Positions 36,568-48,884 of a DNA stretch of 64,000 bases are shown here, piece by piece; the stretch's first letter is position 1; every line of letters starts with the position of its first letter. The notes under the pieces are model-generated. The model made no database searches and was not told the origin of the DNA. It was given only the letters and a program-made list of their open reading frames with translations. Source of the stretch: Podarcis bocagei (taxonomy: Eukaryota); the NCBI GenBank assembly GCA_964188305.1, contig OZ076890.1. One strand, given 5' to 3'. Both the position numbers and the translations under genes were made by a program.

Positions 36568-39077
36568 TATACATAAGGCTGCCAGTACTATAAACAATCA
36601 GAGCACAACCAAGCCTCTGAAAGTCCAATGGCAATTTATTAAGACAGGATGTAAACTTCACAAAATTATCTTCTCCCACAATGAATGTGAACACAGTGAA
36701 CTATTTACCATGTAGGAGTACTATAGTATGCACATGACCACTTAGTAAGCAAGATTTCTACAGCATCTTTCCGAGAATGAAGAATTATATACATAACAGG
36801 TGCAGCAATCTTTTAGTGTGAGGGGGAAAAATCAAATAAAGAATAAATCATAGTTTGACAAGCACATAAAAATAAACAAAAAGAAAGTCCATACACATTA
36901 TCTCATTGATTCTTAGGCCTTCACCAAACTTCTCACTTTATAAACAGATGTGTATTCTATAGCTTCAGGTTTTAGGTCATATAGCAAGCAGCTTTCTATA
37001 TCAAGCATTAGGTTGTTGTTGGCATTTGTCTGTCTTGGGAGAAAATGGAGTGCCCCTCCAGGGGTGCACTGCTGTGTTAGCAGCACCGACGTGACCTGCC
37101 TGGGGCACAAGTTTGGGCAGTGTATATGGAGGTCCTGTGCTGCCCAGATGATAGGACCCCCCCTTCCTTGCCTCACTGATATGGTCCAAAGAAAAGAAGA
37201 GCAATATGTTTGGCACCAGCTTGCCTGCAGGAGTTGCTCTCATCTTAAAGGGGGGGGGAACCATTCTGTGTTTCAACAGAGAAAGCTAAGAAAACAAATC
37301 AAAAAATTACAGTTGAAAGAGCAACAACACCAAACTTACACTGGCACCCTCTGTGACAGCACAGGTTGCAGACTGCACTGTGGGAAGAAGGGGAGACAAG
37401 TGAAGTAGCTAACCCAGCTTCTCCTTTGATATTCCTCACTACTACTAAGTGGATATTTTTATTCCCTGGATGCCTCCACTGAAGGACCCTTTAACCTCTG
37501 GAATTTGGCCCAGATGACTCTCTGTGCTGGGCAAGGTGGTCAGATAATTAAGCATGGGGTGAAGAACAAGGCCTTAAAGATTTTTTCCCCTCCAAAAAAC
37601 AACTTTAGCTTTTACTAAAGGCATTTGAAAGGCAGCCACTTAAAGTTATTACAAAGATTTTTTTATTTTAGTTTTAGAAAATTCTTGAACAGTCAACCAT
37701 TAAGAACCAAATGGAAGTAACATAGGGCAAAAAATCATCCTGCTAAAATAAACTGGACTGTTTCCCTACCCAAGCCAATCCTTGGCAGTTCTTCATTTCT
37801 TGGGCTGAACTTTTTACCCTTCTGTAAACTTTTGAATGTTCTGATCAGAACAAGTCTGCAAAGTAGAAAGCGACCATATAACAAAAAGTGCAAAATAAAA
37901 TGCTGGAATAATTACACTCCTTCTCACCCTCCTTTCTTCTAGGTTTTCCTCATCAAAGTCACCAAAAGATGGTGCATCTTTGAAAGAGGCAACCTTACAC
38001 CCTGTGCATCTGCCTGAACCATAGTGAACCTTCTTCACACTGTCTAATTTCATCAGGAACAGAAATGCTGGTAAACAGCATCCAACATCTCCAAAAAGTC
38101 TAACCAGGTAACAAATGGACAAACCATCAAGATAAAAGGGAGACTGATAGTTCACTACAAGTACCTCTGCTGCCCCTGCAAAAGGGGTAGTGGAGTTTTG
38201 CTTTTATTTGGACCAAATTTTCATTTACATTTGACAAATCCCTCCCAAACATGTGATTGTTCACACAATCCAAGCAAGGTTTTTAAAAATGGCTGCAGTT
38301 TTGTTCAAAATTAGGACTAACCTGCTGTACATAGCAGTGATGTCACCACATGGGGTTATTCTCCACTTCAAGTAATTGGCTGCCACATGAGGAGGAGGCC
38401 AAAGAAATCACATGGGTAAGTGGCCTTAAGAATTTGCTGTGGGTAGGAGAACCAGATATGGGCCTTCCATTTTCTGTAGCAGTCCCAGTTCTAGAGTAAT
38501 GTCTATTTACACGCTCTGAGAATTGGGATCATTTTTTGTTTGAACTGACTGATATAAATGAAGATAATGTCTCCTTGTGTGTCCTCTGAAGAGAACAAGT
38601 GCTTGGGATCATCTTGGTTCCCTTTAGAATAAAGCTGTGAAATTATAGCAAATTTCGTACAGCATTAACTCTTTGACATGGCTTCTGTGGATGTTATTAT
38701 GTGCCAATCCTTCCTAAAGAAGAGCTGGGGTTTCCATACAACATGAAGTCCAAAACTTTAATGCCTATACTTGATGATTAGGAGTGTTCCTTATTAAATC
38801 CTCTTGCCTGGAATGGTACATAGTGACTGTGGATATGGAGCCAAGGTAAGCACATTAAGAGTTTTTGTTAAGCACACTCTCTCCCCAAATGAGGAATCTT
38901 CTCCCTAAGCCAGGCACACTGGAATAGGGTAAACAAATGGAAATAAGATTTATAAATTAGAAAGAATGAGTGGTGGAAATTAAGAGGGATGTATATACAT
39001 TAGTAGACAGTCAGCCTTTGTAGTCAGCATAGGTATCAGCTAGCCTAGTCCTTGTTGGTATTGTCATCATCATGATC

Positions 39078-39272
39078 TATTTATATTCAATTTCATCCAA
39101 GGAGTTCAAGGCAGCATACCGAGGTCTTTCCCCCATTTTATCTTCACCACAACTCTATCAAGTAGGTTATGTTGGGAGATGGTGACCAGCCCAAACGAGC
39201 TTCATATCTAACTTAGGATCTGAACCCGGGTCTTTCTGGTCCTAAGCTGACACTCTAACCACTAAATCACAT
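39078..39272 (-). mobile_element. Old MIR/CORE-like SINE
   Basis: CCCCATTTTATCTTCACCACAACTCT...TGAACCCGGGTCT...ACTCTAACCACTA. Confidence 0.7.
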
Positions 39273-41364
39273 TGTCGTTAGCCATCACCATTTCTGCCTG
39301 GTCAGGCCACTCCTACTGTAGACTGCTGTGATTGGATGTGATTTGAAATTACAAAGTCGGCATCTGTTTTTCTAGGATACTCACTTAGTCCTGCTACTGT
39401 GCACCAAGTATAGTTTACAATGCAACATTTATGGGTCAGTATATTTGCACACAGGTATCTTATAGACAGCCTCCTGTGTAGCCACCACTGAAATTAATAA
39501 GAGCTGATTTTCCCACCACTTGTTCTACTGGTGGTCTTGTGTGCATGCCAAGTCTATCAATGTGGTTTTAAAAGGAGATTGTCTGTTGGAGTGAATTTTA
39601 AGATAACATTTGCATCAAAGGGCCTTTGGAAGCTGAAAAGCACAAGCATTTAGGTATGGCTCAAAGAAATGTCCAATTGGGCAACATGCAGTGAAAGAAA
39701 AATTGCTATGGGATTTATGTGTTCACTCTGCCCACAAGGTTGAATCTGAACTGCTGCACTTTTCAGCAATCGGAGGAGCAAGTAGTAGATACCAAAATCA
39801 TACAGTGAATCATTTGAGTCTAAAAGGAGAGAGAGAGAATTAATGTAAGAAATGTACTACTACCGTAATTATTATCTGTGGTGGAAATAGAAAACCACTA
39901 GAAACTCTATAGAATGGAAGGGAAATTGGGTATAGTAAACATTTGTAATATGGACAGACTATCTTTAGAAACTGTAAATTTAGGTGGGCAAAAGGTAGAG
40001 CATTATCTACTTGTAGATATTTGGGTAATTTAAAGAAGGTCAGCGAGGATTTTTAACTCCCAACTGTTTAACCATGGCAACAAAGAGAGCTTCCAGATTA
40101 CCTGTTTATTGAACATTCATCCTGATTTGTTTGCAAGTTTAGACAACGTCTATCAGCTATTTAGTGAGCATTCACTCTGAATGTAGTAATCTCCTTACTT
40201 ATCATGGATGCATATATTGTCTGTAACATCAGGTTCCTATTATGCAATGTCATTAAAACCCCGGTTCAGGATATTTGTGGTGGCACATCCTGCTTCAATT
40301 TGAATTGTTGGTGGAATTTTTACATGGCCACTTTTTGGACCCAATGAATCCATGCTGAAAATCATAGACAACACATTGCCAACAAAGCAGTAGTTCTGAT
40401 AAGATCAGGGGTTCTGTAAGGGAGCTCCCCTAAGGTTAGCTGACTCTCGAGTCAAACTTTACTTGTGCCTTAAGGAGTCCTAAAAGCTGCAGACAAACAT
40501 ATCAATGAGAGTGGTAGTCCAGCAGCCATTTAGCTGTTGTTCTCTTGGGGACAGCACTATCTATTGATCTCAGGGTTAAAAAAGACAAAAAGCTATATGG
40601 ATGTTCCAAGGGCTTCGGTCCACTCCTAATAATAGCTCAAAGTGCTGGGTTACTTCTCAAACATCTTGAAAAAAGAGCAGCAAGCACACCACTAAATCAA
40701 ACCAGAGAAGGCTTAAAATGGGTTTTGAAACAAGTCTTGTGTGGGAAACAAATGCAATGAGGTCAAGATGCCAAGAGGTACAAAGGCCAAAGGCCCACGG
40801 GGCTATAAAACTAACTGAATTATCCAGAAATTAACACATTGGGGTCACTCGGAAGACATGGGACTTAATGATGGAAGGTTATTAGGTAAAACCCAGGTGG
40901 TTTCTCAAAGCTGCTGTTTTGCAGTGAGCAATGGCACAGTTATATGGAGCAGCTGTGTCTGTGGGAACTGCATGTTTCAGAAAGAAACAGACTTGTTTAA
41001 TGGCTAGTGGAAATGAAAGGTCATTGACAAAAGATTTAAGGTCAAATTAGATGTGATGTCACATGCTTAGCATGTAACAGCCTTATTTTTTTTTTTAACC
41101 CCATTAAAGGGAGGGTACTCATAACTATTTGGGATCCCAGCAGGCAGGGAGAGAGATTTAACTCTTTTCTCCATTTCTCCATTTCTAACATGCTGACAAA
41201 TGTCTGAATCAGGTTGCTGCCTTGGAAGAAAACCCCTCACTGGTACCAATGCAAATTGCACCTTCAAGTGTGCAAATTTTATCAGCACAACATATGGACC
41301 TGGCTAAGTTTGACATCTTCAAGGAAGGTGTTCTCTCAGTCCTTTACCTTCAAAGGCACACTTG

Positions 41365-41711
41365 GTGGGGACATGAGGAGAGGGCCTTCTCAGTGGCTGT
41401 TTTCAAACTCCTGGAGAAGCCAGACTGGCTCCCTACTTATTGTTCTTCCTCTGATAGGATAAGGCTTGTTCCAACAGGCTTTTGAGAATTGACTGCTTTT
41501 AATGAAAGGGCTAGTGCTATACTGTTTTATTGCAATTATTTGTAGGTTTTAAACATATTTTATATACATATAAGATTTTAATTCCATTAATGTTTATTTG
41601 TTTTTAACGATTTAAATTTTTTTCTGTTTTAAGCAATTCTTGTTTTTATACAAAAGCAACCTTAATAAAGGCGGGCTATAAATAAAAATATGATGATGAT
41701 GATGATGATGA
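41365..41711 (+). mobile_element. L2 LINE 3' end with (GAT)n tail
   Basis: GAGAGGGCCTTCTCAGTGGCTG (ERAFSVA), an AT-rich 3' UTR, and GGCGGGCTATAAATAAAAAT followed by (GAT)n. Confidence 0.6.
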
Positions 41712-43277
41712 CCTCTCTTTGGGAACCTGCGCACTCATTTGTTCATGTTAAGCCATAGTTCTGCTTAGTGTTCTATGTGAACTGACCCATTTTCTTGTAT
41801 CATGCTGGCCAGAGCAGTTGGGAACCACTGTGTGACTTGGCAGCCACCTCTTACATGATTGTGCTGTTCTTCATATACTGTTTTGTAAATTCAGCATTTG
41901 TATACACTATCATCTTTCCAACTTTTGTCAGAATTTCCTTGCAACCCTTCGCTGTGACTTAAGCAGTGAAAATACTCTGTGGATTTTCACCCACGAATCA
42001 ACACAATAAAAAGAAGTGACAGCTTTATTAAGCATATTACATATTGAACAGCCTTAAACTGAATCGGACCACTGGACCATGTACTCCTATACTATCTAGT
42101 TCAGCAAGCAGCAGCTCTCCAAAGTCTCAGGCAAAAGTCTTTTTCAGCTCTCTTACATGAAAATGTTTTAAATGGAGGTGCCTAGCACCAAGTTTTGAAC
42201 TGTTGCTTACGAGACAACAGCAAATGAGTCTGTGCAGTCTTTTATAAGCATATACGAGTCTCCAAATTTTAACTTCCTTGCGAACTGGCTCTTTATCCTT
42301 TTACAAATCACATGGGTTTACAGAATATTGATAGGTATGTCAGTGCCCAGCCTTCTGCTCAAGATTTTGGATGCAACCGCACACACTTCCATTGATCTTC
42401 ACAGACAGTACAAGGATGTGCAACTCCAGGGCACCTAACAAAAGAACACAGCTGCTTGGCACACACGTCTCTCTGCAGGTTGGACTTCAGATACTGTATT
42501 AATCCCCAGGCCTTCTTTGGGAAATGAAAGTCCTTGACTCAGGCACGAATGTTACTGGCAAAGTTCCCATTACTGTAAAACAGCCTACCAGTAACCACCC
42601 CATGCTCTCATGTATGCATGTCTTAGCTCACTCTCTGCATCCTCCTAAGGTCATTACACCATAATTCAATACCTCATTTCCTTTTCAGGGTATGCACAGG
42701 TCCAAAAATAGTGCTAAAGTTTCACTTTGAGACACATCTGGACAATGCAGAACCTGAATGAGAAATACCAAGTAGAAACCTTTGATGATATGCTTGTGTT
42801 CCAGGTCTGTAACAGCAACAGGGCTGTTGTCAGCCCCTGGCACCCTTGGGCAGTTGCCAGGGCCCATGCTGATACCTGGCTGTACCCCCTCTAACTTTTT
42901 CCAGCCTGGCACTCACAGCAACTTGAGGCAGCTGAATCCGGCGTCTTTTTACTTCCCTATAAAGCCCCCATCTTGTGTCACTCAGAGGTCACATTGCCTA
43001 GGACTCCCTCAAGCCTGGATTCGTCCCTAAACAGCAGGCTAGCATGCCGATCTTGTCTTCAGATGCTTCACCTACCACTGAGCAGATCAAATAATAGGTG
43101 AGCACTGTAACATGCATTTACAAGTGGCAGTCTTTCTGGTAGTAATGGTTTTAGGATGTTGTGTGTACATGAAAAGTAAAGAAGATATAGCCTTCTCTGC
43201 CATCAAACATGAAAGTAGAAGACTAATAAGTGACATTGCCTTGAACTGGATGTCCAGACTCTTCCAGCTGCTCCCAT

Positions 43278-43785
43278 TAGGGGTGAAGGAAGGCGTCATG
43301 ACAGCCAGGGCAGGCGTCACTACGTAGGGCGCATGTGTGGCATTGCTACGTATGACACATGCTCCATACGTAGCGACACCACACATGCGCTGTATAGCAG
43401 TTTGCCACCGGCACTGCTCCAGCGCCATATGGACGGTGCCGGGATCCCGCCGGTGCCGCTACAGCCACAAACGAAGGATCCCAGCACTGTCCATATGGCG
43501 TTGGACTGGCACTGGCAGCAAACCGCTATACAGAGCATGTGCAGTGTCGCTGCGTACAGCACATGCATGTGACGCCTCACATGTACCATACTTAGCGGTT
43601 TGCTGCTGGCGCCAGGATCCTCTGTTTGCAGCTGCAGCCGCGAACGGAGGATCCTCCGAAGGTGGCTGTGGCAGTGCGATGGCTGTTCAGGCCCCCGCGA
43701 GCCCCCATGGGGTGACTTCTTGTCACTCCTGCAGACATGGAACCCGGGGCGTACCGCCCCCCACACCCCTGTTGTGACGCCACTG
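43278..43785. mobile_element. hAT-superfamily MITE with nested internal palindromes
   Basis: Perfect 8-bp TSD GCTCCCAT at 43270-43277 and 43786-43793. Termini TAGGGGTG / CGCCACTG (CAGTGGCG-type TIR). CpG-rich. Confidence 0.85.
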
Positions 43786-44723
43786 GCTCCCATGACTCAT
43801 CTTGGGGTAGCCAGTGGGTATGCATCCCTGGTGCAGTGCGTGAAGGCCCCTGACAATCCTTAGTAGTCTCCCTCCCAAGTGAAACAGATTGTGCAAAACC
43901 GAATGAAGTCTCTAAATGTGATTTTCATCAATTGGCTGCTTGGCTTTAAAACCACAAGCGGGCTGCTACCAGTGACCACAATCTGCTTAACGGCTCTTTC
44001 GGGATGGGGGAGAAGGTTGAATTCATTTCCATCAGTTTTGCAGTACAGACAGATAATGGCACACAATCTTCCACGAGGTTTATATTATGTCACTTTGCTG
44101 GCTGCTCTGAAGTAAAGATTGGCGTTCAGGGTACTCGCCTCTATCTCTAATGCTAGATCTCATAAACTGAGTAGTGGATTGAGGCTGTCTTGCAGGACCC
44201 TCTGGTAGGATTTGAGAAACACTATTTTTTAAAAAATATACAGTAGGACATGACTAGTATTTTAATGAATAACTGGTTATGAGACATTATTAGCAATAAT
44301 TAGGGGGTGTGGTTAAATTTGAGAGAAATATGAGGCAACACAGATACTAAAAGAAAATGAAGCCCTGGGTCTAGATGTTCCAACTCTTGAATGCTGTAAA
44401 GTATTTGTAAAATAGAAGGCATTGCATAACTGATTGTGTTCTAATATGAAACACACAGAGTTAATTTTAACTACCTTCTTTCATTTATTACATTTCAGAT
44501 TTGAACATTATGGCGTTGCTTTTATTTAAAAAATCAATGGAGAAACTCAACAAATTTTTAAATGAAAGTTGAATTAACCTGCTTTCTTTCACTATAACTA
44601 TTTGAAACACCAATGAGTAAATGCTGGCTGCACCTTTCTTCTATGGTTTTAGCTTGCATCAGTAGCCACAAGTTAAATGTGCTGAAAATTCTTTCAGTGC
44701 CACAATTTCAAACATTGGTTGTA

Positions 44724-44977
44724 CAGTGGTGCCTCGCAAGACGAAAATAATTCGTTCCGCGAGTCTTTTCGTCTTGCGATGTTTTTCGTCTTGCGAAGCA
44801 CGGTCCGTCGCAACTGCGCCTCTTCAAGCGGCTTTAAAAAAAAAACGCAAGACGTTTTCGTCTTGCGAAGCAAGCCCATAGGGAAATTTGTCTAGCGAAG
44901 CAACGCAAAACAGAAAAAACCCTTTCGTCTAGCGAGTTTTTCGTCTTGCGAGGCATTCTTCTTGCGGTGCACCACTG
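44724..44977 (+). mobile_element. Short member of the CAGTGGTGCCTCGCAAGAC MITE family (254 bp, no hairpin array)
   Basis: Same TIRs and subterminal TCGTCTTGCGA repeats as 35795-36567. TA TSD at 44722-23 and 44978-79. Confidence 0.93.
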
Positions 44978-47248
44978 TATTCTATACTATATTAAAACCA
45001 TAGACAAGAAGAAGCTAACCACTGTGGGACTGTATTATTAATACTCTGTATAACTCAGTCTTCTGTAAGCTACCTATGCTAGTCAGAGAAAGGTCACAGT
45101 TAATGCTCCTAGAATTCATGGTTCTGTAGACAAGAGCTTTTACCTTGAGACACCAACCCTAACATTGTCTCTGAATCTAGATTACATGTCAGACAGACAG
45201 CAGTTTTAGGTGAGCCCTCTTTAGCCATTTTAAATTCTTCACTTCTATGCAAACAGTGCAAACTGAACAGAGGAAGCCATCTTTAGCAGCCAGTGGCCCC
45301 TGCATAACCCCTTCTGAGTTTGGGTGCTGATGGGGGATGTATGTTCATGGTGCAACAAAGATCAGGTGGAGGCTGAGTTTATCTGAGCCAGAACTTCAAT
45401 ACAAAACTTCAATATGAGGCTGCAAATGGTTAGTGCCATTTGCAATATGGCAGCGGGTGTGCGTAAAAGGCCTGAGACATTTATGCAAATTGCAGCAGCT
45501 GTGTTTACAGTATCCACACAATTCTGTAGTGCCCATGCACACTCTCAGAAGCAGACACATGGGATGTTTCTGGCCCAGGGCATGCGTGCAGGAATCCTTT
45601 TTACAGAACTGGCCAGTGGCCACAAATCCTAAATGGGTATAGAGTAGGCTGGGAGGCAGACCTATCCTTTGCAGAATTGCTTCATTTAAGTCCTTTCCCT
45701 GTTATGATGTGTCCTAAATTCTTTTGGGGTCTAATTTCCTACTGAAAGAAATGCACTAGCATCTTGCGTTTGTTGCAGCCACATCTCAAGTGAATGTTAA
45801 GGCCTGACAGTCCAACAAAATGACCCACTTCTTGCAGACTCAGACAGAAAGGCTCCGCTTAGGCCCTAGGAAAGTGTCTCTAATAAGGCAATTCGTTAGT
45901 TGTGTCGGCTGCTCCCCTCTCAGCTATCCTTCATTCCTTCTCTCCCTCCCTCAAGCTAGTCATTAATGCAGCAGGAACAGAGGAAAATGAAGCCGTTGGG
46001 TTCGGTATATATTACTGAGCTCTGTGTAGTGTGTATAAGACCATTATTTAGACACCCAAGTCCCCAGTGTGTTTTGATCACACCAGTCCAGCAGGAAGAG
46101 CTGTCTAATGGCTTGGTAGCTGGAATACATGTGTGTGCACGCTCTCGCTTCAGGAGTGCCTTTTACCAGCTTCATCAGTTGCTCCATCTGCACCCCTTCT
46201 TGGAAAATAAGGACACAACTACTGTTTGCTGGCTCTGGTAACTTCTCAGTTTGACTATTGCATGTGCCACTGCATATACCCTCCAACAGGTCAAGGAGAA
46301 AACGGGGCGGATACCTTTTCCAGGATACACTCCCATGTGAGTCCCGTTATCCGTGCAAGAGCACGGCTCCCCAAAATGGGATGTCGTGACAGGACAGTTG
46401 AGGGATATGCAATTATCTTTGAAGGTGCTCTGTCCAAAATGTAACTGTATGATTTTTAGCTAAAACAACTTCAATAAAATTTGTTTTGGGGCTCAAAGTT
46501 CTATTTTAACCGTTAAAGACCTATGTTGTCATGGTAGGGGCTTCTTTCATATGTAACTCCCTGGGTTCTGAGATCAAGAAACTAGGACTTCTGGCAGATG
46601 CTTCCACCGTGTCAAGAACTGCTGGCCTCTGTCTAATGATATGAGCCTTGCCGTTGCAGCTTCTCAGTAAAGTGTTAAGGACTGGGGGCCATTGTCCCAT
46701 GTGGTGAGCAGTGTCACTGAAAAAACTCAGGGAACTTCCTCCTTCTTGAGCAGTAAAGAGCATTAGGGGGATTCCTGTCTCGGCGGTGCTTTGATTAGAC
46801 AGCAAAACCTACCTGACCACTTGTGTTGTCATTTCTGGCTCCTGGCTTGTTTGACTGGCCTGCCTTCTGGATTTCCCTTCTGTGCTCTGGGCCCACAGCC
46901 CAGCTCTGACACACAGCCTGACCAAAGATTGGTTTTCAACAAAAATAGGGCTGCTTCTCTGTGGTGCTCCTTTGAATTCCCTCTGTATAGATACTTACTC
47001 GTTTTGCATGGCTGGTCCTTTCAGAAAGGCTTTCTTATTTAGGTAATATTTTGTCATGTTTTGTTGTTAATTATCTTGCAGTATTTAAATGTTTTGTTTG
47101 TACTGTGTTATTGTCCTCTTATTGATTTCAGAGCCTGTTTAAAAAAGGGGATTTTTTTTTTAATAAAGTAAAAGAGAGAGAGAGAGAGAGTGGGGAATAA
47201 ACAAGATGGAAGAAAGCTTTATGCCCATGCTAGAGAAGCAGGACATAT

Positions 47249-48082
47249 TTAAAACGGTAATGATACAATGGGCAAGAGATTTTGGATATAATATACAATT
47301 TGATGACTGGGAAAAATTATGGAAGGAAAACTTAAGATTTACTGCATGTACGGTGTTAAAAGAAAATATCATGAAAATGTTTTATAGATGGTATATTACA
47401 CCGGTAAAATTAGCAAAAATGTATAAAACCTGTAATAAATGTTGGAAATGTAAAGAAAAAGAAGGAATGTTTTATCATATGTGGTGGGAATGTAAGAAAG
47501 TGAAGAGCTTCTGGGAGATGATATATAATGAGATGAAAAAAATGTTGAAGTATACATTTGTTAAGAAACCAGAAGCCCTACTTTTAGGCATTACAGGAAA
47601 GGAAATAAGAAGGAAGGATTATAAACTTTTTCAATACGCAGTTACACCAGCAAGAATTCTACTGACCCAGAAGTAGAAGCAAGAGGAAATACCGACGAAA
47701 GAGGAATGGAGGATGAAATTAACAGACTATGCAGAACTGGACAAGTTAACAGGGAAAGTTAGATATCTTCGAGACCAAAAGTTCATCGAGGACTGGGGGA
47801 AATTTGTGGAATATCTGAAAAGTACATGTGAAGTACAAACAACGCTAGTGGGGTTTAAAGAAGCACTGTAAAAACTGAGGTATATTGTTAAATGAAAATG
47901 GATGATTGGAGGGGGGACTTATGGCAATAGAGAACAGAAGAAATGCGTAAGCAAAAGTTAAATATGGATGATTGTCAGAGAAGTTGAAGGAAGTCCAAAA
48001 GTATGGAATTTGTGAAAATTTGGATCAAAATTGTATATTTATGTTAAAAATTAATAAAAAGCATTTTTTAAAAAATAAAGAG
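47249..48082 (+). mobile_element. L1 LINE, 5'-truncated (ORF2 C-terminus plus 3' UTR)
   Basis: The translation has KMFYRWYITP and the CWKC-x7-H-x4-C knuckle followed by FW. There is one premature TAG (47674-76), the natural stop at 47869-71, AATAAA at 48053 and an A-rich tail. The 17-bp TSD AGAGAAGCAGGACATAT is at 47232-47248 and 48083-48099. Confidence 0.95.
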
Positions 48083-48701
48083 AGAGAAGCAGGACATATG
48101 TTATTTAGATAAGCCTTCTCAGTGCTCTCTATATGCTTTGGACTACATCTATCATCCCTGGCCCCCCACCATGTAAGCTGGGCTGCTAAAACAGCTGGAG
48201 GGTAGAAAACTGTAGAAGGCTGGGGGAACCCCGCTTTTTCATATTAGGAACTGGGGAGAGGTTGGGTGAAGCCAACTCTTTCTCTTAGAGCTCAATTCTA
48301 CCCTAAGGTCCATCAGGTAAGGTCAGGGGGAGGATGTCCTCCTTCTCTTCCTTTGCTCCTGCTGATACTGGAGCACCCTGGCTTTCAGGTCTACAATTCA
48401 CAAGGCCTGTTTTTGTTCATATCTCCCAGAACAAGAAGAGAAAACCCTTGCGTGAAGCAGTTCCATATGACTAAAGGGACGCAGGACTGTGCTGCTGTGG
48501 CCCACCATCACAACCATCTTCCTGGTTCCAGCCCCCAAGGCTCCCTGGAGAGAGCATTTCACAACCAGTACACCACCACTGAGTAGACCCACCATACCTC
48601 AGATGATGAGTCCACCTAGAACAAGTATTCTGATAAAGATATCAAAAGAATTAGGGCAGGAAGGACTGGTCTCAGTCTCATTTAGCTTCAGGCATAAAGA
48701 A

Positions 48702-48884
48702 AGGGACTGTAGCTCAGTGGAAGAGCATCCGCTTTGCATGCAGTTCAACCTCTGGCATTTCCAGGTGGGACAGTGTAAGAACCCGCCAGAAACCCTGTGG
48801 AGAGCTGCATGTCAATTCAGGCAATACTGAACTACATGGACCAATGATCTGAGTAAGTATAAGGCAGCTTCCTCTATTCCTATG
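48702..48884 (+). mobile_element. tRNA-derived SINE with CR1-like tail
   Basis: Head AGGGACTGTAGCTCAGTGGAAGAGCATCCGCTTTGCATGCAG; tail ATGGACCAATGATCTGAG...GTATAAGGCAGCTTCCT. Confidence 0.8.

Noticed and set aside
35905-36694. Five overlapping long ORFs (121-239 aa) on both strands
   Set aside because: They are artefacts of the GC-rich, stop-poor 60-bp repeat array inside a MITE. No transposase motifs.
43087-43863. Cluster of ORFs on both strands
   Set aside because: They are produced by GC-rich palindromes of the hAT MITE. The mirrored peptides reflect the inverted repeats.
46712-46911. Possible solo LTR (TGTCA...TGACA)
   Set aside because: The flanks match only 3/5 and no second copy is present. 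Similar LTR-like patches (about 1-470, 870-1150, 30560-30830, 32020-32480, 48250-48620, 55075-55445) are too decayed to call.
47206-47676. 156-aa zinc-finger host gene
   Set aside because: It is L1 ORF2 bounded by a 17-bp TSD, with a premature stop.
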